DNA of 36,943 nucleotides, taken from positions 1 to 36,943 of the forward strand of contig CAYLOA010000011.1 of assembly GCA_964385185.1 (NCBI GenBank). The letters run 5' to 3'. Made by a program: the position numbers and the translations under genes. This document shows, piece after piece, positions 26,800-36,943 of the stretch. The notes beneath the pieces were generated by a model. It saw nothing but the letters and a program-made list of their open reading frames with translations, had not been told where the DNA came from and did not search any database. Every line of letters starts with the position of its first letter. Within the stretch, counting starts at the first letter, position 1. Source of the stretch: an uncultured Methanosarcinales archaeon. GTDB taxonomy: Archaea > Nanobdellota > Nanobdellia > Woesearchaeales > CALCXY01.

Positions 26800-27423
26800 C
26801 TATAGGGCGTACTCTGTTTGAATACTGGGTAAAAAATATTTTGGGGTCTCTCCAACTCCTCTGAATTCATAATCATTCATCCTTACCCTATACCTAAAAG
26901 TCGCAACAGGTTTAAACCTTATAGGGATTTCATCGAAATTGTTGTTGCCCATATCATCTACCAAACAACGTAATTTATTATCATTGGAAGCGAATGCAAC
27001 AAATTCACTATGTACACATGATTTTAAAATATTATACGCAACCTGCTTATCTGCAGGAGGTTGCTCTCTATCATCAATTACGGCGTAAAGTTTTGCCAAT
27101 TTGTGTACATGAGAATATATTTGTCTTTCGGCCCAGGTTTCCGGATTGGATCTTGGACACCGTGCATACAATATCTCAGCAATACTATGTCTTTCCTTGC
27201 ATTTTATGAATTCCAATCCTCTCTTCAATTCCTTAATTCCTGATCGGCACATTATGATATTTGAATGAGAATTCAACATAGCCTCAAATTCACTACCTAA
27301 CATTCCATTAATGGTTTTTCGTTTCCGGTTAATTCGCCAGGCAGAAGTATCCATAAATACAAGCGAAAAGGCATCACTAAGAGTTTCCAGTGGAAATCGA
27401 TGAGAAAATCTATAGTCAAACAA
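26800..27423 (-). CDS. Divergent PIN-like hypothetical protein
   Basis: VFMDTS, IKEL, PADKQV and FASNDNKL give PIN-like acidic spacing. Confidence 0.5.
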   Translation of the reverse strand: MFDYRFSHRFPLETLSDAFSLVFMDTSAWRINRKRKTINGMLGSEFEAMLNSHSNIIMCRSGIKELKRGLEFIKCKERHSIAEILYARCPRSNPETWAERQIYSHVHKLAKLYAVIDDREQPPADKQVAYNILKSCVHSEFVAFASNDNKLRCLVDDMGNNNFDEIPIRFKPVATFRYRVRMNDYEFRGVGETPKYFLPSIQTEYAL

Positions 27424-27469
27424 GGTTTCTCCCCATTTTGATAGTTTTAGAATTCATCATAAATCAATA

Positions 27470-28066
27470 TCACTTCACAACACCTTTATCTTCAAAGAAG
27501 TGTCCTAACTTTTCTTTCTTAGTTGCTAAATATTTCTCACTCTCTTTAGAAGCTTCAACAACCAATGGAACACGTTCAACAATCTCAAGGCCATACTTCT
27601 CCAGCCCTTCAATCTTCTTAGGATTATTAGTCAATAGACGAATCCGTTTAACTCCGAGATCACTCAACACTTTACACCCTATAGTATAGTCACGCTCATC
27701 AGCCTTAAACCCTAGTTTGAGATTGGCTTCTACTGTATCCATCCCTTCATCTTGTAAAGCATAGGCCTTAATCTTGTTCTTGAGCCCAATTCCTCTACCT
27801 TCTTGCGCCATATAGAGCAAAACTCCACCTTCTTTTCCTATCATTTGTAAAGCCTTTTCCAATTGATCTCCACAATCACATCGCAAACTGCCTAGAATAT
27901 CTCCCGTTGTACATTGTGAGTGCACTCTAACAAGCACATCACCTTCAAGACTCCCTTTAACCAAAGCCAAATGTTGCATCCCAGAATCATCTTCATATTC
28001 ATAGACGTCAAACTCACCATACTTAGTAGGCAATTTAGCTTTAGTATTTCTTGTAACTGTTGACAT
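27470..28066 (-). CDS. ribA: GTP cyclohydrolase II
   Basis: [52 protein letters not shown]. Confidence 0.96.
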   Translation of the reverse strand: MSTVTRNTKAKLPTKYGEFDVYEYEDDSGMQHLALVKGSLEGDVLVRVHSQCTTGDILGSLRCDCGDQLEKALQMIGKEGGVLLYMAQEGRGIGLKNKIKAYALQDEGMDTVEANLKLGFKADERDYTIGCKVLSDLGVKRIRLLTNNPKKIEGLEKYGLEIVERVPLVVEASKESEKYLATKKEKLGHFFEDKGVVK

Positions 28067-28126
28067 AAGAATAAGAACTACTGGCAGTTATATAAAGATT
28101 ATGTAAGAATTTGGTTTTTATTTGAA

Positions 28127-28171
28127 AGTCAGCATCACCGCTCACTGTGTGAGCCGGTGGTGGTGCTGACT
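28127..28171 (+). repeat. Bulged-hairpin element, copy 3
   Basis: AGT-CAGCATCACC-GCTCAC-TGT-GTGAGC-CGGT-GGTGGTGCTG-ACT. Confidence 0.85.
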
Positions 28172-28188
28172 CCGCCAATTTTCCCACA

Positions 28189-28875
28189 TTAAATAATTAC
28201 AAAACCATAATAAAAGGACTTACCACTTACCAAATACTCAGAATCAACCAAAAGAACCAACAATTGATTAGTTGGTAGCACTTGAGTTACCAATTCAATA
28301 TCATCCATAAAGTTCTGCAAAATAATTCCCTCAGAAAATACAGTAGCAACATGTTCCAACATCTCTCCTAATAAAATGGACTTATCAATACTAAATTCAG
28401 AAAGTGTTTGAGTCTGACCGTCTTGAACTACAGAGATAGGATAATCAACATCAACCAATACATTTCTATCTTGAATAATAATTCCTACCTTAGGATCTCC
28501 TGAATATGTAAGAGTTGAATCACTAGACAGACAACTGGGTAAACCAACAGATATAAAATTCTCCAACTGTCCACCTACCTCACCATTACTCAAAGCTCTA
28601 TCCAACAGTGCATAATCAACACTTCCAACACTTACTCTAGCAACATTTTCAATACTTCCTGTACTCAACTTCATCAACCCATCATCTAACACAGTCTCAA
28701 TACAACTATCTACAAACCCTGCAAAACTTACAGGAGTATCAACATCCACTTCTTCAATAACTGCTCGTTGAGCAAATTCATAGAAAGCTGCAGCTCCTAA
28801 AATAACCATACCTAGTAAAAAGAATAACGTCAACTTTTGTCCTTTTTTATTCCAAAGCTTCAAAGGTCTCACCAT
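28189..28875 (-). CDS. Class III signal-peptide (pilin-like) surface protein
   Basis: NKKGQ plus a hydrophobic helix; FVDSCIE motif resembles YVQQCLL of the 1-312 gene. Confidence 0.7.
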   Translation of the reverse strand: MVRPLKLWNKKGQKLTLFFLLGMVILGAAAFYEFAQRAVIEEVDVDTPVSFAGFVDSCIETVLDDGLMKLSTGSIENVARVSVGSVDYALLDRALSNGEVGGQLENFISVGLPSCLSSDSTLTYSGDPKVGIIIQDRNVLVDVDYPISVVQDGQTQTLSEFSIDKSILLGEMLEHVATVFSEGIILQNFMDDIELVTQVLPTNQLLVLLVDSEYLVSGKSFYYGFVII

Positions 28876-31189
28876 TTGTATAATAATTATTTAACATGCC
28901 CAACAGTTTAGTAAAAAATGCTTGACCATCTCCTAACTGAATATGATCAGTATGCTCCAACACTCCTCTGGATTTATCTAACCCAATTACACCATCGCTG
29001 CTTACATATCCTTTAACATATTGCCCACCATTTGTACCAACACTAATCTGAGTTCCTCGAGGAGTTTCTTGAATGAGATACCCTCCAGACAAGGTTGAAG
29101 CTAAAACTTCTTCATCTCCAGTTGATTGCAAAGTTAAAAAATTCACGTCACTCATGGAATCATCCATAGAAAAAACACCTCTATTCTCCTCAGAGTAGGA
29201 GGTATACACATCTGAATAACCATTATCTATCAACCTGCGATAAGAAACAAAACCGTTCAACACTTTAGTTTTATTAAGTGTATTTACAAAACCACAATTG
29301 CTACATAATAATTCTTCATTAATAACTTGGCTTTCATCTCGTTTTACACAGAGTGAATAAAAATGAGGACTTTCTACCTGGAATGATTTCTCCAGATCAT
29401 CATCTGTATAGGTAAATGCAGCCTCAGGAGATAATACCATACACTCCATCCCAACTCGTAAATCAATTTCAGTTGTCGACGCACTTCTCTCACTGGTAAT
29501 CTGGTCAGTAAAGTCTCCTCCAATATACTCAACAATCTCATTCGTCAAACTATACTGGACGGGATCAGCTTCAGTCACAAATATTTTACCTTCACCTGTT
29601 GCCGTTCCTTTAATCTTAACGACATCACCTTCAACAAATTCAATAACCGTACTTCCATCAACCACAAGATTCATCTGTTTGGCAGGTCGCTCAATCACTT
29701 TTTCAATCAACTTACTCTCCACTTCACGCAGAACATCCCTACGAACTCCAGAAATCTGCTGCAAGAATCCTTCTATTGATCCCTGTTGAGCAACCAAATA
29801 AACAAACGCCTTTCTCTCATTAAGTGAATAACTTCCTAAATTTAAATCATAATTCTTAAGCTCGACATATTTTGTCGCCATAGCATCCTGCTCTTCAGGT
29901 GTTAATAGTGAATAAATATCATCTTGTAAATCTTGATTATTATAGAACTCATCAAAGGCGTTTTTAATAATCTGAATTTTAGCAGTAGGTAAGGGCAATA
30001 AATTAATAGTAAACCGTTTATACCCATCTTGCAAATATCTAAAAATAGTTTCTGTTGGAGGACCACTTCTCCCACCAATCTTTCTATCATAATCTCTCAG
30101 GAGTGCTATTTTTTCAGACTCTGTTAATTGCTCCATCACTAATTCCTTCAACAATTTTCTTTCTTTAATCTGAATCGTTTTGATCAGATACAATAATTGA
30201 GCATTTTTATCAAGGGAAGTTCTCACTTCACTTGTTGAACTAGGAATCGGATTGGGAAAGACCATCTGATTGTCAAAAGCTCCACTTCTTAATTCAGAAA
30301 ATAAAATGGTGTTATCAACAATGACAAATTTTCCATCTATGATATTATTATATTGATAATCTCCAACAGTAATCTGCTGAGCACTTGCAAAGGATAATGC
30401 AGGCATATTCACATATTCTTGAGGGATTTCAACATCCAATTCTGCAGATCCCATGGATAGATCGAATACATTAGTACTTTCTGCTCCATCAATAACTATT
30501 CTATCTACTTTATCTGCTATTAAGGTACCATTTTCAAACCGAACATTTACTGCACTTGATAATGAGGTAGACTTCACAGGTAACACTCTTCTTCTAATAT
30601 TTTGATTGTCATCTAAGAATTCCTGAAATCGAGGTCGAGTAATTTCTACTTGTTTCATAAAACCAGCTTCCCAATTACCATCAGGATGGATAACTAAATC
30701 TTGAGCATCTTGAAAGGATGTTTCTGTTGTTGGGGTTTCTGATGATATGGAGCGGGTGACGATGTCAGGGGTCGTGAGAGTTCCTGCTTCTGCTGATTCC
30801 ACGGATGTTGTTCCGTCTCCAGATAGTACTCCATTGTTTACCCCAATAACCTTTACATATCCTCCCAAATCAGTAGGAATTTCTAATTTATCTGCTTTTT
30901 TAACATTAATATTTCCATTTGATTTTACTTCACCCTCTAAACCCTTAGCTTCTTTTCCATTAATTGCAAGATCATTATCACCCGAACCTTTAGAAATTTT
31001 AGTTTTTGCAGGTGCACCTTCTAATCCTATTTGAGAGTTACCAATATTAGCTACGCCATCATCTCCCACAGTTCCTCCCAGATCTCCAATATCGACAACA
31101 ACAGAATTATTTACATCTACCTTACCTGGTGCCCAAACTACAGATGATAAAATTAAGATAATTAAAATAACATGGGTATACCTAGCCAT
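28847..31189 (-). CDS. Large secreted/surface hypothetical protein, 780 aa
   Basis: N-terminal signal peptide; beta-rich regions flank a helical insert. Confidence 0.75.
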   Translation of the reverse strand: MARYTHVILIILILSSVVWAPGKVDVNNSVVVDIGDLGGTVGDDGVANIGNSQIGLEGAPAKTKISKGSGDNDLAINGKEAKGLEGEVKSNGNINVKKADKLEIPTDLGGYVKVIGVNNGVLSGDGTTSVESAEAGTLTTPDIVTRSISSETPTTETSFQDAQDLVIHPDGNWEAGFMKQVEITRPRFQEFLDDNQNIRRRVLPVKSTSLSSAVNVRFENGTLIADKVDRIVIDGAESTNVFDLSMGSAELDVEIPQEYVNMPALSFASAQQITVGDYQYNNIIDGKFVIVDNTILFSELRSGAFDNQMVFPNPIPSSTSEVRTSLDKNAQLLYLIKTIQIKERKLLKELVMEQLTESEKIALLRDYDRKIGGRSGPPTETIFRYLQDGYKRFTINLLPLPTAKIQIIKNAFDEFYNNQDLQDDIYSLLTPEEQDAMATKYVELKNYDLNLGSYSLNERKAFVYLVAQQGSIEGFLQQISGVRRDVLREVESKLIEKVIERPAKQMNLVVDGSTVIEFVEGDVVKIKGTATGEGKIFVTEADPVQYSLTNEIVEYIGGDFTDQITSERSASTTEIDLRVGMECMVLSPEAAFTYTDDDLEKSFQVESPHFYSLCVKRDESQVINEELLCSNCGFVNTLNKTKVLNGFVSYRRLIDNGYSDVYTSYSEENRGVFSMDDSMSDVNFLTLQSTGDEEVLASTLSGGYLIQETPRGTQISVGTNGGQYVKGYVSSDGVIGLDKSRGVLEHTDHIQLGDGQAFFTKLLGMLNNYYTNGETFEALE

Positions 31190-31224
31190 ATCTACATCTC
31201 TAGAAATTGAGTATATAAAAGTTT

Positions 31225-31896
31225 TTACTGAGAAAATTGAAATCGTTTACTCATATAATTTGTTAATTTTTTCGCAACTGTTGATTTGTTACCCTCTTTA
31301 TCCACCTTTAGATAACCTGTTAGAAAACTATGAGCTTGCCGATAGTGAATTTTTGATTCAGCCACATTTTTTGCCTTTTCATGATTTCTTGCCATATTCC
31401 ATGAAGCAATTCCCTTATTATACCTAAGTACGGGATCTGTATCACCCAAGATAATACAAATATCGAATTGATCTAGAGCACCACTATTATCTTGAACACT
31501 TAACAAAGAAACTCCTAAGTTACTATGGACATCGCTATCATAAGGATTCAACTCAATCGAAGCTTCATAAAGTGTTTTAGCTTGCGCATAATTTTTATCT
31601 TTTAATGCCGCCGAACCTTGCTCTGCTAAATCTGAAGCTTTCTTAACATCATCTTTATCCAATCTCTTCACATAAACATCAGGAGAAAATATCTTTTTCT
31701 CAGCAGCATGTTCTTTTGCCAAATGTGTATACAAATCAAGTTCAAAAGGATTCTTAAGAATTTCTGCATGGATAGCACCAATAAGGGATTCATCACTATG
31801 TCCAGCTTCAGTAGTTTCTTCTCCAGAAACTCTATCACAAATGCTAGCACCAGCTAATACAACACCTAATACCATACCTGCAATTCGTCTTACCAT
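31225..31896 (-). CDS. Secreted TPR-repeat protein
   Basis: Signal peptide; A..LYE.SIELNP..S.VHSNLG and YNKG TPR patterns. Confidence 0.75.
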   Translation of the reverse strand: MVRRIAGMVLGVVLAGASICDRVSGEETTEAGHSDESLIGAIHAEILKNPFELDLYTHLAKEHAAEKKIFSPDVYVKRLDKDDVKKASDLAEQGSAALKDKNYAQAKTLYEASIELNPYDSDVHSNLGVSLLSVQDNSGALDQFDICIILGDTDPVLRYNKGIASWNMARNHEKAKNVAESKIHYRQAHSFLTGYLKVDKEGNKSTVAKKLTNYMSKRFQFSQ

Positions 31897-31960
31897 AGTG
31901 ACGAAAGAATCAAACTTTACTTATAAACCTTTACTTTCGTGAGGCGTGTTTTTAGCCGAA

Positions 31961-32584
31961 CTAAATAAGAAAAGCATAATGAAATGGCTGATTAAATAAC
32001 ATATTATCTTTATCTTTTAATAAAATAACACTCTTATCGTCCTTTTGGTAGGCACTAGCCAGATAGTTTGATTGAGCCAAAGCATCAACATCTAATCCTA
32101 AAGACTCATCCTGAATTTTACTTTTCAATTGTAATATTGGCCCCAATGATACAGGAACTTCAACTAAAAATTTCTGCATACTAATCACCTTCTCTCCTAT
32201 CTGAACCGTAAAATCATGATCAATAATAGCTTCAACAGAATCTCCCACTTCAATTCTAACATCATTATTCGTATTAACTATCTCCCGACCTAAAAACACA
32301 GAGAAATTCTTAGGCAAAACATTACCAGTCTTTAGTAAATACGAATCACCTAAACTAGAAATCTTTTCACCACCACTAAACTCTAATTGTCCATCATTCA
32401 TGCCAGCTCGTTGGACAAAACAACCCAATCCTAATTCATAAGAACTTTTGATATAGGCACTAAGTTCACTCATTGGTGCATCAAGTGGTGGCAGAGTTTC
32501 TGTACCCATCCCCAATGTAAGTCCTGCAAATATCAATAATACAATTCCTAATAATGCAAACATAGTCACTTGCGCTTTTCTCAT
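31961..32584 (-). CDS. Class III signal-peptide (pilin-like) surface protein, paralog of 28189-28875
   Basis: MRKAQVTMFALLG; C-terminal VILLKD.....QPFHYAF resembles VLLVD....KSFYYGF. Confidence 0.7.
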   Translation of the reverse strand: MRKAQVTMFALLGIVLLIFAGLTLGMGTETLPPLDAPMSELSAYIKSSYELGLGCFVQRAGMNDGQLEFSGGEKISSLGDSYLLKTGNVLPKNFSVFLGREIVNTNNDVRIEVGDSVEAIIDHDFTVQIGEKVISMQKFLVEVPVSLGPILQLKSKIQDESLGLDVDALAQSNYLASAYQKDDKSVILLKDKDNMLFNQPFHYAFLI

Positions 32585-32616
32585 ACAAACATTTTTAGAT
32601 ACTGATTATATAAACG

Positions 32617-33045
32617 TTATTCCTTCTCAGAATTTTTTAAGTAAAACTTAAATCTATCTCCTGCCCTAAAATTGGAATTACGTATCAAAACTTCTCTCAG
32701 ACCATACACTCTTTTTCTAACATCATCAAGTTTATCCAATAAATATACTCTTTCTTCACTATTGATGTGGTCTAATGCGTGACATAAATTCACAGTTACT
32801 TTTACTTCAGTCGCAGATTTAAATGCATAATTTACATGATTCAAGTAATCTTTTTTTGAAGTGGATGCATTACCTTCTGCTATATTTAATGGAATTGATG
32901 CTGCAGATCTCTTTAATTGAGAAGCTAAATTAGGATCAATCGTGCTAAATTGTTTTACAATTTTATAAACATCCACTACAAAATTAAAACTCAAAGTGTA
33001 GACATCTAATTTTTCATATCCTGACAATTGATTTTTTGTGCTCAT
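32617..33045 (-). CDS. Four-helix-bundle protein (23S rRNA intervening-sequence protein / TIGR02436 family)
   Basis: YEKLDVY, LASQLKRSAASIPLNIAEG, A.KSA.EV. Confidence 0.9.
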   Translation of the reverse strand: MSTKNQLSGYEKLDVYTLSFNFVVDVYKIVKQFSTIDPNLASQLKRSAASIPLNIAEGNASTSKKDYLNHVNYAFKSATEVKVTVNLCHALDHINSEERVYLLDKLDDVRKRVYGLREVLIRNSNFRAGDRFKFYLKNSEKE

Positions 33046-33272
33046 ATAATTTACTGAGCATTTACTCGTTAATTAAATTATGCAAGAATATTTGGTAAAT
33101 TTTCTATTGCTACCGTAATATTTATTGACTTCCTAACTAAATTTTTCGAAAGAAACATCAATATCTCAAAATTTTCTGCAATACTCAAAAATGTGTGAAA
33201 AAATAGACGACAAAAAAATCAAAACTAATTCGTTTGAAAGTTGTCACTAAATTATTGATGGTAAAAAAAAGA

Positions 33273-33293
33273 AAACCATGCATAAACTAGGAA
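33273..33293 (-). other. 3' strand of the pre-23S processing stem; pairs with 36179-36199
   Basis: Perfect 21-bp inverted repeat AAACCATGCATAAACTAGGAA bracketing the 23S. Confidence 0.9.
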
Positions 33294-33300
33294 ATAATGA

Positions 33301-36171
33301 ACTATTGGGTTGCGCGAGCTTAATGCCTCGTTGCCTCGGCACTTACACACCGCATCCATCAAACCCATGTTCTATGGGTATTCCAATGTCTCTTTTTGAG
33401 GAAGACTTCGAGCTTAGATGCTTTCAGCTCTTATCCTCTAAGGCGTAGCTGCCCTGCTTACCTTGTAAGATAACAGGTAGACCAGTGGCCTCGAACTTTC
33501 GTTCCTCTCGTACTAGAAAATCCTTCCTCTCAGACATGTAACATTTCCAGTAGATATTAAACATACTGCCTCACAGCGTACTGAACCCAGCTCACGAACC
33601 CTTTTAATGGGTGAACACCCCCACCCTTGGCGGCTTCTGCACCACCAGGATAGGATGAGCCGACATCGATGTAGCAAGCCGCGCCGTCGATATGAGCTCT
33701 CGAGCGCGACAACTCTGTTATCCCCGGAGTAACTTTTCAGTCATCTCTAGCCCCCATCAATGAGGAACATAGAGGTTCGCTAGACCATGCTTTCGCATTT
33801 GCAACCTCATTTAGTAAGATTACAATCAGACAGACTTTTGCTCTTGCACTCCACTCCTGATTTCTGACCAGGTTGAGTCTATCTTTGGGCCCTGTTGATA
33901 TACTTTCAACAGGGTGCCACCCCAGCCAAACTGTCCACAAATTGGTGTCCTCGTAAAACGAGTGAGCAACGTAAATTTCGAAGAGTGGTGTTACATTGGC
34001 GTCTACACTTAAACTTGCGTCCAAGCTTTAACAACTCCCACTTACTCTGTACAACGAAGTTCACGTCGCAACAACATGCTACAGTAAAGTTTCACGGGGT
34101 CTTCACTTCCCACTGGAAATCTACGGCCTTTGCACCGTAATGGTGTGTTCGGTAGTCTTCGTCTGGGGACAGCGGCGATCTCGTTACGCCATTCATGCAA
34201 GTCGTCATTCAAACGACAAGGTATTACGCTACCTTAAGAGAGTTATAGTTACCCCCGCTGTTTACCAGCTCTTGGCTCCATTGAACTGGAGTTTGAAGTA
34301 CTGGCACTGAGCAGACGTCACCAACTATACGCACCCTTACGGGCTAGCAGTTGGTTATGTTTTTGTTAAACAGTCGAACCGCCTTTGTAATTGCACCCTG
34401 CAACCGCATACATACATACACAATTGCACGGACCCCTTATGCCTAAGGCACGGGGCTAATTTGCCGAATTCCCTCAATTAGATTGTCCTATCACACTTTA
34501 GGCTTCTCACCTAGGGGCACCAGTGCTGGTTCTGGGTATAAGTTTTTAAGATTTTTCACATGTTCATTTTCATGGAGTCTAGGTATCAACCAAACTTACA
34601 CAAGGTAAGCTCATCTTGGATTTCAACAGATTCTCATCGTGACAATACTCCTCTGATGTGTTCCAATTAACAAAACTTGACGTCTTGTTGGTCTATCCCA
34701 AACTGTCAGAACATATGCCTGTGTTACCACGCATACTTAAAAAGTAACGGAATATTAACCGTTTTCCCTTTCCCGATAAACACTTATGATATCGGTTAGG
34801 CTCAACTAACCCTTGACTGATTTACATTGTCAAGGAACCCTTGCCCTTTCAGTGATAGAGATTCTCACTCTACTATGATCCTACTACCGCCAGGATTCTC
34901 ATTCCTATGTGGTCCATATATCTTCGCAGATATAGTTCCGTCCTCACAGGACGCCTATCTACCGTACACTTTTTTAGTGACCTACAGTATCGGCAATCTG
35001 CATAGCTCCGTCCATTTTTGACACCCTTGACCTTGACAAGTAAGTTGTTACACACTTTTTAAAGGATGGCTGCTTCTAAGCCTACCTCCTCGCTGTCTAA
35101 GGCCAAAGACAATCTTCACCCGTTCACACTTAGCAGATATTTAGGAGCCTTAACTGTAGTCTGGGTTGTTCCCCTCTCGGAAGCCAAGCTTACCCCTGAC
35201 TCCCCGTTTCCAAGCTTCTACGATGTATGAATGTTTGGAGTTAGACAGAAGACCGACCAGTTTCCCGGCCTAAATCTTCAATCTGTAACTCTACCCTTCA
35301 TATAATCTCCACTTAGACTTGACTACGGCCAACTTCGATAGGAACCAGCTATTACCGGACTCGATTGGCTTTTCACCCCTAACCCCAAGTCAGAAGAACA
35401 CTTGCTCGTAGCAACTCTTCAGGCCTCCATATGTTTTTACACATACTTCACCTTGCCCAGGGTTAGATCGTCCGGCTTCGGGTCATCTTCTTATGACTCA
35501 CGGCAGATTAGTACCGTCCATCTCATAAATTGCATGGATATTGGTTTCCCTACGGATCCTTTTGTAAATTATCCTTGCCATAAAAAGAAACTCCCTGGCA
35601 CGTTATTCTAAACGTATGGTACAACCCCGAAGGGCCGTACCTTTCTATCACTATTAGATTTCAGACTCTTTTAACTCCCTGTTAAGGGTTCTTTTCAACT
35701 TTCCCTCACGGTACTAGTGCGCTATCGGACTCTGCGAGTATTTAAGGTTAGAAGTTGATGCCTCCTATATTCCTGTTTAATATCAAATAAACAGTACTCT
35801 GGAAATCTCCAGCATCTTAAGGTGACCTATCTACGGGGCTATCACCCTCTTTAGCGTTGCATTCCAGCAAACTTTAACAAATCCACAAAAGATACAATAG
35901 AGCTCCAATCACCACATGTCTTCAATATCACTAAAGAAGATTCAGTTTGCCTTATACTGGTTTCAGTCGCACTTACTAACAGCATCTCAATTGATTTCTT
36001 TTCCTACGGATACTAAGACGCTTCAATTCTCCGTGTTCCCTATCCTTGCGGATTATCTGGGAAGTCCCATTCAGAAATTTTTGGTTCAACGTGTACATTC
36101 CACTTCCCAAAACATTCTGAAGCTTGTCTCATCCTTCATCGGCTGCAGAGCCTAGTCATTCATCTAATAGT
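33301..36171 (-). rRNA. rrl: 23S rRNA, archaeal; ends approximate
   Basis: Reverse-complement conserved motifs (sarcin-ricin AGTACGAGAGGAAC, PTC CTACATCGATGTCGGCTC, AGTACCGTGAGGGAAAG); terminal helix ACTATT/AATAGT. Confidence 0.97.
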
Positions 36172-36311
36172 ATTTCGATTCCTAGTTTATGCATGGTTTC
36201 ATAAAGAGAATAGGTGGAATTGCCTTTCTTTCAAACCCTACATTCAATATCTGTGATATTGAATTGACTTAGGACAATAATCTATTTCTAGATATATCGT
36301 CCATAAAAAAA

Positions 36312-36478
36312 TGGACCCGTCGGGACTTTCGATTCCTGTCTCAGGTCTAACATCCCTGACAGAATGATTCGAACCCGAGGCCCCCGCCTTTCTGAGGACA
36401 ATTGTCCTTGCAAGGGCGGTGCTCTAATGCCTTAATGTGCACATTAATGCAACAAAATCCAGGCTGAGCTACAGGCCC
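36312..36478 (-). tRNA. tRNA-Ala(TGC) in the 16S-23S spacer with three introns: 36427-36458 (D-loop), 36390-36408 (37/38), 36326-36367 (59/60)
   Basis: Spliced: GGGCCTG TA GCTC AGCCTGGTA GAGC A CCGCC CTTGCAA GGCGG GGGCC TCGGG TTCGAAT CCCGA CGGGTCC A; G3:U70. Confidence 0.92.
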
Positions 36479-36575
36479 ACATGAGTAAAAAAAGTACAAT
36501 TGTTTTTCCGACTACACACATAAAGATACTTATGGTAACATGTATCAACATTATTTTTCAAAAAAGAAAAATAAA

Positions 36576-36943
<368 letters not shown>

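Noticed and set aside
700..31850. Numerous 60-115 aa antisense or nested ORFs in the track
   Set aside because: They are shadows of well-supported genes in another frame or on the opposite strand
32617..33045. Four-helix bundle as DGR Avd
   Set aside because: No reverse transcriptase or TR/VR repeat pair in the window
33737..36155. Short ORFs in the ORF track within this span
   Set aside because: They lie inside the 23S rRNA; no intron-sized insertion is evident, as the gene is about 2.87 kb

Overview
Archaeal window, most likely a DPANN (Woesearchaeota-like) genome. Support: archaeal-type 16S 3' end, 23S and GluRS; TATA boxes about 23-30 nt upstream of apparently leaderless start codons; BHB-type tRNA introns; several class III signal-peptide proteins; a DUF5752-like domain; a free-standing LAGLIDADG protein. 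Housekeeping and metabolic genes include gltX, nth, mdh, hppA, ribA, MazG, HIT, asparaginase and an HtrA-like protease. Other content: two TauD-like dioxygenase paralogs, two Hanks-type Ser/Thr kinase paralogs, a VapBC module, an RsbR/RsbT-like (stressosome) locus, four tRNA genes, and the 3' part of a minus-strand rRNA operon (16S partial - tRNA-Ala - 23S). Most unusual signals: (i) three intergenic copies of a covarying bulged hairpin with identical geometry and an (NGT)x3 tract; (ii) a tRNA with a serine-type body but a GAA (Phe) anticodon, preceded by scrambled copies of its own parts; (iii) multi-intron tRNAs, one with apparently ordered splicing; (iv) four otherwise open genes each broken by one in-frame stop, plus two chimeric gene junctions. 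Item (iv) may reflect genome decay or assembly/amplification error. All protein calls come from motif recognition by eye; no database searches were run.
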